DNA of 64,000 nucleotides from an uncultured Myxococcales bacterium (GCA_964540815.1 CAZIOH010000020.1:13245-77244); one strand, 5' to 3'; counted from the stretch's first letter, positions 1-10,179 are shown. A program made the numbers and translations. The notes: generated from the sequence alone by a model not told the origin.

Positions 1-346
1 CGCTCACCGGGAGGTGCGTGGCGTCGGCGGTCGCGGGGTCGAGCACGGTGAGCAAGCGCGAGCTCGGATCGCCCGCGCTGGCGTTCGGGACTGCGTCGCT
101 GCCACCCCCGAGGGCTCCGGCATACGTCGACGTGTCGTACCCTGCGGCCGGCAGCGAGCCTCCGGTCGTTCCATGGCAGCTCGAGCAACGCGCGGCGAAG
201 GCCGGTCCGATGTCCTTCTTCCAGCTCTCGCATCGAGCTTGCCCCACCACGTCGGGCCGGGCCTTGGCGCAGCCAAGCGACGCCACCAGCAGCGTCACCG
301 AAAGGATCGGGGCAGCGCCCCGGGCCGCTCGCGTGAAGGGAGCCAT
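1..346 (-). CDS. Lipoprotein monoheme c-type cytochrome, partial (C-terminus lies beyond the window start)
   Basis: Minus-strand ATG at 346. Translation MAPFTRAARGAAPILSVTLLVASLGC has a lipobox LxxC, then ARCSSCHG (CxxCH heme motif matching the downstream cytochrome). No stop before position 1, which explains its absence from the ORF track. It is antisense to the junk-like plus ORF 18..446. Confidence 0.5.
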   Translation of the reverse strand, partial: MAPFTRAARGAAPILSVTLLVASLGCAKARPDVVGQARCESWKKDIGPAFAARCSSCHGTTGGSLPAAGYDTSTYAGALGGGSDAVPNASAGDPSSRLLTVLDPATADATHLPVS

Positions 347-421
347 GTCTGGGTGTGAGCTCGAAGGTGGAAGCTGCGATGAGGAGTTCGGTCGCCGGTC
401 GCCGCTCGCGGTTGCGCGTCG

Positions 422-808
422 CTACTTCTTGAAGGTCTTCACGTAGGAAACCAGCGCCTCGATGTCCTCGGGCTTGATCTTGTCCTTGTAGGGCTCCATC
501 TCCTGGACCTTGCCGTCCTTGGTTTGCTTGATGCCATTGGTGATGGCGTCCTTCATCTTGTCGTCCGTCAGGCCCTTCCAGAAATCGGGCGCGGTCATGT
601 CCCTCACGCCCATCTTCTTTCCCTGCTCGGTCGCGCCCTTCCCGTCCTCGCCGTGACAGGACGAACACTTCGCCTTCCAAGTGCGCAAAATTTTCTTGTC
701 GACCTCGGCGGATGCGGTGGTCGACCACAGGACGGCGGGCGCCAGGCTGGCGAGCAGGGGGAACAAGGCGAGAAATGGGAGGGAAATGGCGTATCGTGCT
801 CGTTTCAT
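422..808 (-). CDS. Class I monoheme cytochrome c, 128 aa, with signal peptide
   Basis: Internal ATG at 808 of ORF 422..1084 gives MKRARYAISLPFLALFPLLASLAPAV (signal peptide), then KCSSCHGEDGKG (CxxCH). The Lys-rich C-terminus is typical of soluble cytochrome c. RBS AGGAGCC is 6 nt upstream. Confidence 0.8.
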   Translation of the reverse strand: MKRARYAISLPFLALFPLLASLAPAVLWSTTASAEVDKKILRTWKAKCSSCHGEDGKGATEQGKKMGVRDMTAPDFWKGLTDDKMKDAITNGIKQTKDGKVQEMEPYKDKIKPEDIEALVSYVKTFKK

Positions 809-876
809 GGTCGTGGCTCCTATGGTTGGCTCGCGGGGGATGCAATAAGAAGACCAGTGCGGGGGAGGCCCTGGAA

Positions 877-2367
877 TCAGAGCGGCACGAGCGGCCGGAG
901 CTCGTCCGGAAGGTCCTCGGGTAGCTCGTCCTTGGCCATCACCTCGTGGCAGAGCTCGCACTTGCCGGACAGCTCCACGCCTGCCGCGGTCTTGTGGTCG
1001 CCCGAGTGGCACCGAAAGCACTGGCCCTTGAAGGCCCCCGGGTCGGCCCCACCGTGCCCGATCAGCGTGGGATAGTTGCCCCACGAGAGCTTCATCCCGG
1101 GATAGACGTTGCGGTGGTAGATGCCCGTCAGCGCCTCGGCCGCTTTATCGAGCTTGTCTCGAGGCGGCTTCTGCGCGGCGTGGTCACGGGCATACCGGGT
1201 CTCGAGGGCCTGGCGAAAGTATTCGCTCGCCTGTTCCCGAGGCGGTGTGGCGCCCGTCAGCACCTTCAGGCTCGTGTCGTACAGCCACGGAACCTTGCGA
1301 TCGAGCTTGCCCTCCCGGAAGGCCCGGATGACGCCGCTCTCGGGGGTGTCGTCATAGATGTGGGTGGTCCGGTTGTGGCAGTCGATGCAGTCCATGGTCC
1401 GCGACTCGACGACCGCGCCAGCCGCCGGCTGATCCGGCAGCCACTCCTCCACGACCTTCCCACCGTCGAGCACGTCGAGCTTCTGGATCTTGCCGACCTT
1501 GAACCGCTTCTCGTCGAGCACCTCGTAGCGCACCTGGTAGCGCGTGCTCGCGTGAAAGTGAATGCCGCTCCAGGTCCCGGTGCGCGCGTCCAGTCCTCCG
1601 AGGTGCAGCATCATGGCGGTGACCTGCGGGGTGTTGGCCTCGTCGCTCTTGAAGTGGACCCGGAGGGCCACTCGGTTCCCGCTCTGCCGCTCGGGCTCGT
1701 GACAGCGCCCACAGGTCTCGATCGCCGGGCGCAGAGCATGCACCGGGGTCCCGATCGGGCGATGAAAGGTGCCGGTCGCCACACCCCAGACTTGCCGGAG
1801 TCCCGAGAGCTTCGCGGAGACCGCGGACGAGGCCCCGCCGCCGATATGACATTCCACGCAGGCAACCCGGCTGTGCGGCGATTGCAGGTAGGCGTCGTAC
1901 TCCGGTTGCATCACCTGGTGGCAGGTGACGCCGCAGAACTGCGGGGTCTCCATGAAGGCCACCGCCCGGTAGGTCACCGTCGTGACGATGAAGACGTTGA
2001 GAACGGTCATCAGCACCACGAAGGCGACCCGCCGGCGGACGGTCTGGCTCTGCATGGCTCGCTCGAAGGCCAACCGGACCGTGTCGGTCTCGAGCGGGGC
2101 TCCGGACGTCCGGGCCCGGTGACGTTCGCGAAGGAACCCGAGGGGGATCAGCAAGAGCCCGAGCACGAAGATCCCGGGCACCACCAGGAACAAGATCGCC
2201 GCGGCGTAGTTGTTGAGTCCCGCCGACGTCAGCTCGATCGCCAGCGCGACCAGCAGGGTGACCCCCGAGCTCGACGCGATCATGGTCCCGAGCAAGGTGA
2301 TCCAGTTGCTCCAGAGCCGCGGCAGAAACTCGATCGCGCGGCGATAGAGGTTAGACACGCGCGGCAC
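877..2367 (-). CDS. Membrane-anchored hexaheme c-type cytochrome (6 x CxxCH)
   Basis: 496 aa. Two N-terminal TM helices, then CGVTCH, CVECH, CGRCH, CIDCH, CFRCH, CELCH. Lies upstream of two smaller cytochromes on the same strand. Confidence 0.85.
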   Translation of the reverse strand: MPRVSNLYRRAIEFLPRLWSNWITLLGTMIASSSGVTLLVALAIELTSAGLNNYAAAILFLVVPGIFVLGLLLIPLGFLRERHRARTSGAPLETDTVRLAFERAMQSQTVRRRVAFVVLMTVLNVFIVTTVTYRAVAFMETPQFCGVTCHQVMQPEYDAYLQSPHSRVACVECHIGGGASSAVSAKLSGLRQVWGVATGTFHRPIGTPVHALRPAIETCGRCHEPERQSGNRVALRVHFKSDEANTPQVTAMMLHLGGLDARTGTWSGIHFHASTRYQVRYEVLDEKRFKVGKIQKLDVLDGGKVVEEWLPDQPAAGAVVESRTMDCIDCHNRTTHIYDDTPESGVIRAFREGKLDRKVPWLYDTSLKVLTGATPPREQASEYFRQALETRYARDHAAQKPPRDKLDKAAEALTGIYHRNVYPGMKLSWGNYPTLIGHGGADPGAFKGQCFRCHSGDHKTAAGVELSGKCELCHEVMAKDELPEDLPDELRPLVPL

Positions 2368-2684
2368 CCCTCGGGGACGTGGCGCGCGTCCGGCCCGTGC
2401 TCAGATCGCGGCGATCTTCGGGTCGAAATCTCCGAGGGCAGGACCGCAGCGGCGGGCGAGGATTCGCCTCGGCGAGATGCGAAAGTGCCTCCTCGCGCGC
2501 CTGCCTCGACCTTCGGTGTTCGCCGCCCACCTGCATTCCTGGCCCCGCTGCAGCTGAACCGCCGCCGCCGGCATCTTCACTCGGACGCCGGTCCTCTGCA
2601 AGAGGCTCGTCCACTCAATGCACAAGTTCCATGTGAGGAGAGGGCCTTCAGGAGCGTACGCCCTTTCAGGGTTGGCGAGCGACC

Positions 2685-3362
2685 TCAGAGCCTCGGCGGC
2701 ACGACCGGCACGACCGGCACGACGAGCAGCACCATCTCGTCCCAGATGAGGTGGGCAACCAGCGGTGCAACCAGACCCGCCGTCACGTGCCGCAGGCCGC
2801 CCCACGCGAGGCCGCACGACAACGCCGTCGCCACCAGCACCGGCGAGCCGAGTGGAGCGTGGGCGAGCCCGTAGAGCAGCGTACCGAGGAGGATCGCCCA
2901 CCAGCCGCCCATCCGTCGAGCGAGGGCACCCTGGACGACTCCCCGCCACACCAGCTCCTCGCCCAGGATCACCGGCACCAGGGCCATGGCCCGCGTGAAG
3001 CTCGAGATCGCGGACCCCGCCCCGAGCTGTCCGTAGAGCCGTGCGACGTCGCTGGCGATCAACGGGATCCGCGAGGAGAGCGGCGCGTACAGCAGCTTCG
3101 AGGCCACCGTCATGCCTACCCCCGCCACGAGCCCGGCGCCGAGCGCGCTCGCCCGTGGACGCAAGAGCGCGCGAACGGAGGCACCCTCGCGGGCCAGGAC
3201 CCACGCCGCGAGGACGAGCGCGGTACACCCGAGACCAAGCCAGGCACCGATGGTCCGCGACAGCCAGGCCCCCGCCACCCACGCCACCACCATGGCTGGA
3301 GCGACCCATCGGGAGGCGGGGATCGCCGAGCCCGAGCCGGTGCCGCGATGAGCCCGTGTCAT
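2685..3362 (-). CDS. CPBP-family intramembrane metalloprotease (CAAX protease-like)
   Basis: Motifs EELVWRG, YGLAHAP and VAHLIWDE match the three CPBP signature motifs. Start ATG at 3362 (MTRAHRG) overlaps the stop of the upstream gene (ATGA). Confidence 0.8.
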   Translation of the reverse strand: MTRAHRGTGSGSAIPASRWVAPAMVVAWVAGAWLSRTIGAWLGLGCTALVLAAWVLAREGASVRALLRPRASALGAGLVAGVGMTVASKLLYAPLSSRIPLIASDVARLYGQLGAGSAISSFTRAMALVPVILGEELVWRGVVQGALARRMGGWWAILLGTLLYGLAHAPLGSPVLVATALSCGLAWGGLRHVTAGLVAPLVAHLIWDEMVLLVVPVVPVVPPRL

Positions 3363-4381
3363 CGCACGACGACGTCGTCGGAGAAGGCGCGGCGCTTTCT
3401 GGCTCGCTCGATTCGCCCCCACTGGCCCGGCACCGGCCCGTGGGCCGACTCGGCCTCGAGGGCGCGGCGCGCCGCCTCGGAGAACGACAGCAAGCTCGGG
3501 TGACCGATGCGGGACCAGAAGGCGCCATCACGCGCCAGCATGTCGTGCTCGAGCCCCAGCACCACCTCGCGCGCCACCGCCCAGCGCGCGCGGGTCACGA
3601 AGCGCACCCAGTGCGATGACAGCCGCGGGCTGAGGAAGGGCAGCTCGATGGTCCGCGGCGGCCGCAAGCCCATCAAGCGGGCGGTCTGTTCGAGGATCTG
3701 CCGGCAGGACAGCCTGTCGGGGCCCGGCAAATCGAACGAGGCGTGGTGGGGCGAGGCGCCCACCCCGCCCACGCCGTCCACTTCCACCCGGGTGGCCGCA
3801 ACCAGGGCCACCAGCACGTCGTCGATGGCGACGGGCTCGGTGCGGGACCGCATCCACGACGGCAAGACCATCACCGGCAGGCGCGCCGCCAGATCGCGCA
3901 CGATGAGCCAGCTCAGGCTGCCATCGCCGATGATCATGCTGGCGCGGAGCTCGATGCAGCTGACGGCTCCGGCGCGCAAGGCCTCGCCCACCGCCAGCCG
4001 ACTGCGCAGGTGCAAGGAGGGCTCGCCGCTCGGGTCGATCCCGCCGAGGTAGACGATCCGTTCGAGCCCGGCGGCCGCCGCGCTCCTGGCGAAGATGTGC
4101 GCGACCTCGGACTCGCGTCGCAGGTAATCGGGTGAGTCACCCATGCCGTGCACGAGGTAGACCGCGGCGGCCGAGCCGCGTAGCACCCGGGCACAATCCT
4201 CGGTTCGCTCGAGGTTGCCTTCGACCCAGTCGAGATCGGGCCGCGCCGCCCGGGCCGCCGCGCCATCGCGGGTCAAGCAACGGACCTTCCACCCCGCCGC
4301 CACGAGCCGGGGCTCGAGGGCGTGTCCCACGAAACCGGTTGCCCCCGTGAGCAAGATGGTCTTCGACCCGTCGCCCGCCAC
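3359..4381 (-). CDS. NAD(P)-binding NmrA/epimerase-like oxidoreductase with DUF2867-like C-terminal domain
   Basis: Only the C-terminal ~340 aa of the 1520-aa track ORF 3359..7921 is protein-like: Rossmann motif ILLTGATGFVGHAL directly after a GTG at 4381. Upstream in-frame sequence is Gly/Arg-rich and antisense to the big plus-strand gene. Start codon is uncertain (GTG, weak RBS). Confidence 0.65.
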   Translation of the reverse strand: MAGDGSKTILLTGATGFVGHALEPRLVAAGWKVRCLTRDGAAARAARPDLDWVEGNLERTEDCARVLRGSAAAVYLVHGMGDSPDYLRRESEVAHIFARSAAAAGLERIVYLGGIDPSGEPSLHLRSRLAVGEALRAGAVSCIELRASMIIGDGSLSWLIVRDLAARLPVMVLPSWMRSRTEPVAIDDVLVALVAATRVEVDGVGGVGASPHHASFDLPGPDRLSCRQILEQTARLMGLRPPRTIELPFLSPRLSSHWVRFVTRARWAVAREVVLGLEHDMLARDGAFWSRIGHPSLLSFSEAARRALEAESAHGPVPGQWGRIERARKRRAFSDDVVVR

Positions 4382-4678
4382 AGCCTGGTTATAGCCCCGA
4401 TCCCGCCGGAGGTGACTCTCGCGCCGAGGTTCTTCCCGTCGATGACGCGGAACGACCAGCTTCAGAGGTGAGCGCCGGCTGTCGATGGGAGCCGGGTAGC
4501 GCCATGAGCTCACAGTGCCCGAATCGCCACGAATCCTCCCGAGACGGGGAGGGACAGGACCGTCGCACGCTCGCACCTCGAGCGGGAGGGCCGATTGGGC
4601 GTCGACTCCTCCGAGGGTAGGGCGTCGCCGGCAGAGAAATTCGTCGCGGTCGCCTCCCCCTCCTCCCGGTCGAACGCC

Positions 4679-7600
4679 ATGCGCGGGCGGGGGCGCGGGC
4701 GCCGGTGCTGGCGTGTCTGTGTCACCCTGGCCCTCGGGGTCCTCGCCAGCGTCGCGTCCACTCGCGCGGCGGAGGCCAACAGCTGTACCTGGAACGCGAG
4801 CTCCACCGCCAACTGGAGCGCATCCGGGAGCTGGACGTCGTGCGGCTTCACCACGCCGCAGGCCGCTGATACGGTGACCTTCGGCAGCTCGAAGCTCGGC
4901 TCGTGCACCATCGACACCAACGTGTCGGTCGCATCCATCACCGTCAACACCGGCTACACGGGGACCATCACCCAGGGCGCCGGCAAGACCATCACCACCT
5001 CGGGCGCGTACTCCCAGGCGGCCGGGACCTTCACCGGCAACAACGCCAAGATCGCCATTGGCGGCAGCTTCTCGCTGTCGGGGACGGCCACCTTCACCTC
5101 CACCAGCGCGACCCTGGTCATTGGAGGGGCCTTCAGCGAGACCGGGAGCGCGAACTTCGTCCACAACAGCGGAACCGTTCTGCTCAACACCACCACCGCC
5201 AGCAACACCTTCGCCTCGGGTGGTGAGACCTTCAACCACCTCATCCTCAACGACGGGCTCGTCGGGTACTGGAAGCTCGACGAGACCTCGGGGACCACGG
5301 CGGCGGACGCCTCCGGATACGGCAACAGCGGCACCTTCGGCGCGTCCACCGCCGCACCCACCATCTCGGCCACCGTGCCGAGCCTCGACTACTCGGATCC
5401 GCGCAGCCTGCAGTTCGTGTACACGTCCTCGCAGTACGTGGGGGTCGGGTCGACCCTGGCGGCCGAGCTCGAGCCCTCGGTGGTCACCGTGGCCGCCTGG
5501 TACCGCGCCACCACCACCGACGGCAACGGCGGGGAGGTGGTGAGCGGCGCCGATCGCTACTCGATCCGCGTGCGCACCGGCGGGGTCAGCGTGGTGAAAC
5601 GGACCGCGTCGCTGACCTGGGTTCAGCTCGACGCGACCACCTCGGGGCAGCTCGACGGGAACTGGCACCACCTGGCCGGCGTCATCAGCGGCAGCGGCAT
5701 GACCCTGTACTTCGACGGCACGGCGGTGGCCTCCAACGCCGACACCACCGCCATCTACTACACCAGCCCCGAGACCGGGCTCACCATCGGCCGGAACGGC
5801 CACGACGCGGCCTACGACTTCGACGGGAACATCGACGACGTGCGGGTCTACAACCGGGCCCTCTCCGCGGCCGAGATCGCGGCGCTGGCGGCCGGCACCA
5901 CCCCGAGCACCGGCGTTGCCACGCACACCGTCACCGGTAACCCGATCGTGAGCGGCGACCTGACCATCGCCAGCGGGACCTGGGCGGCCGGCAACACCGC
6001 CCTCAGCGTGGCCGGCAACTGGTGGAACTATGGCGGGATCTTCACCACCGGCGCCAGCGGGAGCGTGACCTTCAACGGCACCGCCAGCGGGAAGCAGATC
6101 CTGGCCGGCGGGTCGGCGTTCAACCACCTGACCGTGAGCGGAACCGGGGCCTGGTCCCTGGCGGATGCCTCGTCGGTGACCGTGGGCGGCGACTTCGCGC
6201 AGTCGGCCGGGACGTTCACCTCGACCGGCGGCCAGCTGATCGTCCAGGGGGCGTTCAACAAGACCGGGGGAACCTTCACCCACAACTCCGGCACGGTGGT
6301 GCTGGCGTCGACCAGCAGCAAGACCTTCGCCAGCAACAGCGCCACCTTCAACCGGCTGGTGATCAACGACGGCCTGGTCGGGTACTGGAGTTTGGATGAC
6401 ACCGCCAGCCCTTCCGTGGACGGCTCGGGCTACGGCCGGGACGCGACCTGGTCGGGCAGCCCCGTCGCGTCGTCCACCGTCCCCGTCGTGGGCTTCACGG
6501 ATTCGCGGAGCCTCGGCATCGATTCTGCCGCGGACGCCGCCAGCTTCTCGTCTCCGGCGGCTTCGGTGATCACCATCGCGGCCTGGGTCAAGGTCACCGC
6601 CCTCGGGGGCGGCACCTACCAGCGTATCCTCGATGCCCCGGGGTACCAGCTCTTCGTGACCGCCGGCAGCCTCACGGCTCCCGACAACCCGATGTCGCTC
6701 GGGTTCGGAGCGCTCCGTTCCACCACCCAGGGCGACTGGCGCACCCCATCGAACAGCATCGCCTATGGCACCTGGTATCACGTCGCGATCACCTACGATT
6801 CGTCGAGCACCGCCAACACGCCGGTGATGTACATCAACGGCGTCTCGCAGACCGTCACGACCCGCACCGCCCCCGCCGGCACCCAGACCAGCAACGTCGG
6901 CACCGCCACCATCGGCAACCGAGCCGCGGCGGATCGCTACTTCAACGGGCTCATCGACGAGCTGCGCATCTACAGCCGCGCCCTCGCCGCCAGCGAGATC
7001 GCCACGCTCTACCTCGGGAACCAGCCCGGGACGGGCGTCGCCACGCAGACGTTGACCGGCAGCCCGACCGTCGCCGGGGACCTGGTGATCGCGAGCGGGA
7101 CACTGGCGGCGGGCACGAGCAGCCTCACGGTGGGCGGCAGCTGGAGCAACTCCGGTGGGCTCTTCACCGCCGGCAGCAGCGGGCTCGTCACCTTCAACGG
7201 CAGCGGCTCGGGCAACGTCATCCTGTCGGGCGGCCAGCTCTTCGGCGGCGTCACCGTGAACGGCAGCGGCACCTGGACCCTCGCGGATCGCATGGAGGTG
7301 AACCCGGGATCGACGCTGACCCTGACGGCCGGGACCCTGGCGGCCTCGTCCTACACCTGGCGCGGCGGGGCCATCACCCGGACGAGCGGCACCTTGTCGA
7401 CCGGCACCGGCAAGGTGGTGCTCGACGGAAACAGCAGCTCCACCATCGGGCCGGGGACCTTCAACACGCTGCGGGTGGAGCCGGTCGCCGCCACCGCGCT
7501 GGTGGGATACTGGAAGCTCGACGAGGGCCAGGGTCTGACCGCCCACGACCTCTCCTCCGGAGCGCACGACGGCACCCTCACGAGCGGGCCCCTCTGGACC

Positions 7601-10117
7601 ACCGCCGGATTGCCCGCGTCGATCACCTTCGACGACCCCGGCGCGCTCACCTTCGACGGCACCAGCGACTACGTGGACGTGGGCGCCTCGGCCACCCCCA
7701 ACAGCTCGGCCTTCTCGGTGTGCGCCTGGGTCAAGCTCAACTCCACCAGCGGGTGGCAGGGGCTTGTCAGCCAGGATGGGACCAACACCAGCGCCTATGC
7801 GTTGTTGAAGAGCTCGGTCACCAACAAGTTCGCGCTGGTGGCCGAGGCCCCCGATGCGAACGGCGCCAGCGTGACCTCGACGGGAGGGACGACCACCCCG
7901 GTCACTGGCACCTGGTACCACCTTTGTGGCACCTACGACGCCAGCACCTTGCGGCTCTACGTGAACGGGGCCCTCGAGGGGGCGGTGGCCTTCAGCGCCT
8001 CATGGACGGCGACCGGCCATACCATCCTCGGCGCCGACAAGTCGAGCGGGCTGCGATGCGACTACCTGAATGGCACGCTCGACGACGTGCGCATCTACGA
8101 CGTGGCGCTCACCGCTACCCAGGTGGCGGCGCTGGCCGCCGGACGGTACCCGAGCGGGCTCGCGGGAGCGCCCACCTACACCCTCGGGGCGAACACCACC
8201 GTCTCCAGCACCTTCGCGCTCGACGCGGGCACGCTGGCGACGAGCTCGTCCACGCTGAACGCCTCCTCCAGCAGCACCGTGGCCACCATCAACTCCGGCA
8301 CCTATGCCGTGGGCTCGGCGGCCAGCACCTTCGCGGGCGGGCTCACCGTGCGGGCCCCGGGGACCCTCGATCTGTCGACCAGCGGGGGCGCGGTCAAGAT
8401 CGGCAGCACCAAGACCCTGATCGTCGATGGGACCCTGAGCGCCTCCAGCACCGGGGCCACGATCCAGACGGCGGGGGCCGCTGGCACCACCTACGCGTTC
8501 CAGGTGGGCTCGACCTCGACCGCCACCCCGACCCTCAACATCACCGGGCTCGCGGTCAAGAACACCGACACCAACGGGATGTACGTGAACGCCGTGGCGG
8601 GCTCCACCACCACCTTCACCAGGTTCGACAACATCGCCTTCTCCGGCGGCACGGGGACCCGCCTCTTGCAGATCTACGCCCCGACGCTGTACCTGGTGTC
8701 GAACGGCTGCTCCTTCGACTCGGGCGCGTCGAGCGGAACCACCACCAGCAACGTGACCCTGCGCGGTGACGGCAGCGCCACCGAGACCCGCGCGGTCTTC
8801 GGCGGCGCCACCTGTCTCAACGGCTCGAACCCGACCTATGCCCTCTGCGAGGCCAACGACGACGACGACGACGCCAACAACGACGGCATCGGGGACACGG
8901 CGGCCAGCAACGGCGCGGTCATCCAGTGGACCCACGCCGCCATGGCCGACACGAGCGGCACCCTGGAGGGGTTCCCGACCGCGGCCTTCGACTGGAATAC
9001 CTTCACCTACTACTCGACCTACGTGCTCTATCACGACGTGGCGGGGGGCACCGCCGATCGCATCTATGTGCGCAACACCAACGGCACCGCGCTCTACTCC
9101 TGGGACAGCCCGACCGGGGTCGACCTGGTCGGGACCCCGCGCTTCGACACCGTCTCGAGCGTGCACTACGTCTACGTGGCCACCTCGTCGGGCAAGGTCT
9201 ATCGGCTGATCGACAACGGCACGAGCTCCCTCACCCAGGATCTGAGCGGGAGCTGGTCCTCGGGGGCCTACGATTGCACCTGCACCATCACCACCCCGCT
9301 CACCATCGACAGCAGCAACATCTACTGGGGTGGCACCGCCAGCGGCAACAACAAGGTCTGGACGCTCGGGAAGACCAGCCGGTCCCTGGCCACCAGCAGT
9401 CCACTGACGGTCGCGGCGGTCGTGAGCGGCGCGGCCCCGGCGGTCTGGGCCAGCGGCGACACCTACGTGATGATGGGAACCACCGCGCACATCTACAAGG
9501 TCGACGCGACCACCCAGACCCTCACCACCGACAACTCCACCCTCACCGGGACCGTCTCGGGGCGCCTGTCGATCATCAACAGCAAGGTCTACGCCGCGGA
9601 CAGCGCGGGCTCCCTGCTGGTGGTGGATCCGGCGAGCTTCGGGACCACCTCGTGGAGCTACCACGACAACGGCAACCACTCCGGATGTGCCGCCGGCAGC
9701 ACCTGCGCCATCGGCTCGCTCTACGTCGATCCCACGCTCAACCGGGCCTTCTACGGGGACGGGGACGGACACCTCTACGCCTCCTACAACTCGTCCGGGA
9801 CGACCGGGGCCGAGCTCACGGGTTACCCGTACAGACCGGGCAGCTCATCCGACGTGTTCACCAGCGCCCCCCTCTACCTCTCGGGCATCCTGGTGGTCGG
9901 GACCACCACCGGGAGCCTCTACGTCATCGACGTCAATGGGGGCAGCGGCCCCGTGCTCAAGCAGACCTACAAGTTCGGAACCGCCACCAAGGTCTCTGGC
10001 GTGGCTTACGACCGTGGCTCGTCCTCGTACATGGTGTCCACCGCGGACTCCACCAGCAAGGACGGCAAGCTCTTCTACATCGACGCGCTGACCGACCCGA
10101 CCCCGGGATCGAACTGA
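4679..10117 (+). CDS. Giant secreted protein: signal peptide, Thr/Gly-rich beta-strand repeats, 3 x LamG (concanavalin A-like lectin) domains, C-terminal PQQ-like beta-propeller
   Basis: ATG at 4679 gives MRGRGRGRRCWRVCVTLALGVLASVASTRAAEA (signal peptide). Three copies of LVGYWKLDE/LVGYWSLDD ... DGNWHH ... DDVRVYNRALSAAEI (the LamG_3 pattern). C-terminus has KVYRLID/NIYWGG/SKVYAAD beta-propeller blades. 1812 aa. Confidence 0.8.
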   Translation: MRGRGRGRRCWRVCVTLALGVLASVASTRAAEANSCTWNASSTANWSASGSWTSCGFTTPQAADTVTFGSSKLGSCTIDTNVSVASITVNTGYTGTITQGAGKTITTSGAYSQAAGTFTGNNAKIAIGGSFSLSGTATFTSTSATLVIGGAFSETGSANFVHNSGTVLLNTTTASNTFASGGETFNHLILNDGLVGYWKLDETSGTTAADASGYGNSGTFGASTAAPTISATVPSLDYSDPRSLQFVYTSSQYVGVGSTLAAELEPSVVTVAAWYRATTTDGNGGEVVSGADRYSIRVRTGGVSVVKRTASLTWVQLDATTSGQLDGNWHHLAGVISGSGMTLYFDGTAVASNADTTAIYYTSPETGLTIGRNGHDAAYDFDGNIDDVRVYNRALSAAEIAALAAGTTPSTGVATHTVTGNPIVSGDLTIASGTWAAGNTALSVAGNWWNYGGIFTTGASGSVTFNGTASGKQILAGGSAFNHLTVSGTGAWSLADASSVTVGGDFAQSAGTFTSTGGQLIVQGAFNKTGGTFTHNSGTVVLASTSSKTFASNSATFNRLVINDGLVGYWSLDDTASPSVDGSGYGRDATWSGSPVASSTVPVVGFTDSRSLGIDSAADAASFSSPAASVITIAAWVKVTALGGGTYQRILDAPGYQLFVTAGSLTAPDNPMSLGFGALRSTTQGDWRTPSNSIAYGTWYHVAITYDSSSTANTPVMYINGVSQTVTTRTAPAGTQTSNVGTATIGNRAAADRYFNGLIDELRIYSRALAASEIATLYLGNQPGTGVATQTLTGSPTVAGDLVIASGTLAAGTSSLTVGGSWSNSGGLFTAGSSGLVTFNGSGSGNVILSGGQLFGGVTVNGSGTWTLADRMEVNPGSTLTLTAGTLAASSYTWRGGAITRTSGTLSTGTGKVVLDGNSSSTIGPGTFNTLRVEPVAATALVGYWKLDEGQGLTAHDLSSGAHDGTLTSGPLWTTAGLPASITFDDPGALTFDGTSDYVDVGASATPNSSAFSVCAWVKLNSTSGWQGLVSQDGTNTSAYALLKSSVTNKFALVAEAPDANGASVTSTGGTTTPVTGTWYHLCGTYDASTLRLYVNGALEGAVAFSASWTATGHTILGADKSSGLRCDYLNGTLDDVRIYDVALTATQVAALAAGRYPSGLAGAPTYTLGANTTVSSTFALDAGTLATSSSTLNASSSSTVATINSGTYAVGSAASTFAGGLTVRAPGTLDLSTSGGAVKIGSTKTLIVDGTLSASSTGATIQTAGAAGTTYAFQVGSTSTATPTLNITGLAVKNTDTNGMYVNAVAGSTTTFTRFDNIAFSGGTGTRLLQIYAPTLYLVSNGCSFDSGASSGTTTSNVTLRGDGSATETRAVFGGATCLNGSNPTYALCEANDDDDDANNDGIGDTAASNGAVIQWTHAAMADTSGTLEGFPTAAFDWNTFTYYSTYVLYHDVAGGTADRIYVRNTNGTALYSWDSPTGVDLVGTPRFDTVSSVHYVYVATSSGKVYRLIDNGTSSLTQDLSGSWSSGAYDCTCTITTPLTIDSSNIYWGGTASGNNKVWTLGKTSRSLATSSPLTVAAVVSGAAPAVWASGDTYVMMGTTAHIYKVDATTQTLTTDNSTLTGTVSGRLSIINSKVYAADSAGSLLVVDPASFGTTSWSYHDNGNHSGCAAGSTCAIGSLYVDPTLNRAFYGDGDGHLYASYNSSGTTGAELTGYPYRPGSSSDVFTSAPLYLSGILVVGTTTGSLYVIDVNGGSGPVLKQTYKFGTATKVSGVAYDRGSSSYMVSTADSTSKDGKLFYIDALTDPTPGSN

Positions 10118-10179
10118 CAGGCTCGCCAGAGGGCTCCGGATCGAACCCGAGTGTGAGGGGACGACAAGGGAGGAGGTCC

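Noticed and set aside
18-446. 142-aa plus-strand ORF at the window start
   Set aside because: The sequence is junk-like. The opposite strand encodes a lipobox plus CxxCH protein consistent with the neighbouring cytochrome operon.
3359-7921. 1520-aa minus-strand ORF
   Set aside because: Only the C-terminal ~340 aa (3359-4381) look like a real protein (Rossmann fold). The rest is Gly/Arg/Ala-rich and antisense to the well-supported plus-strand LamG gene. This is the usual stop-codon-poor antisense frame of high-GC DNA.
8000-9772. 590-aa minus ORF inside the LamG gene
   Set aside because: Antisense, Gly/Arg-rich, with no domain signal.
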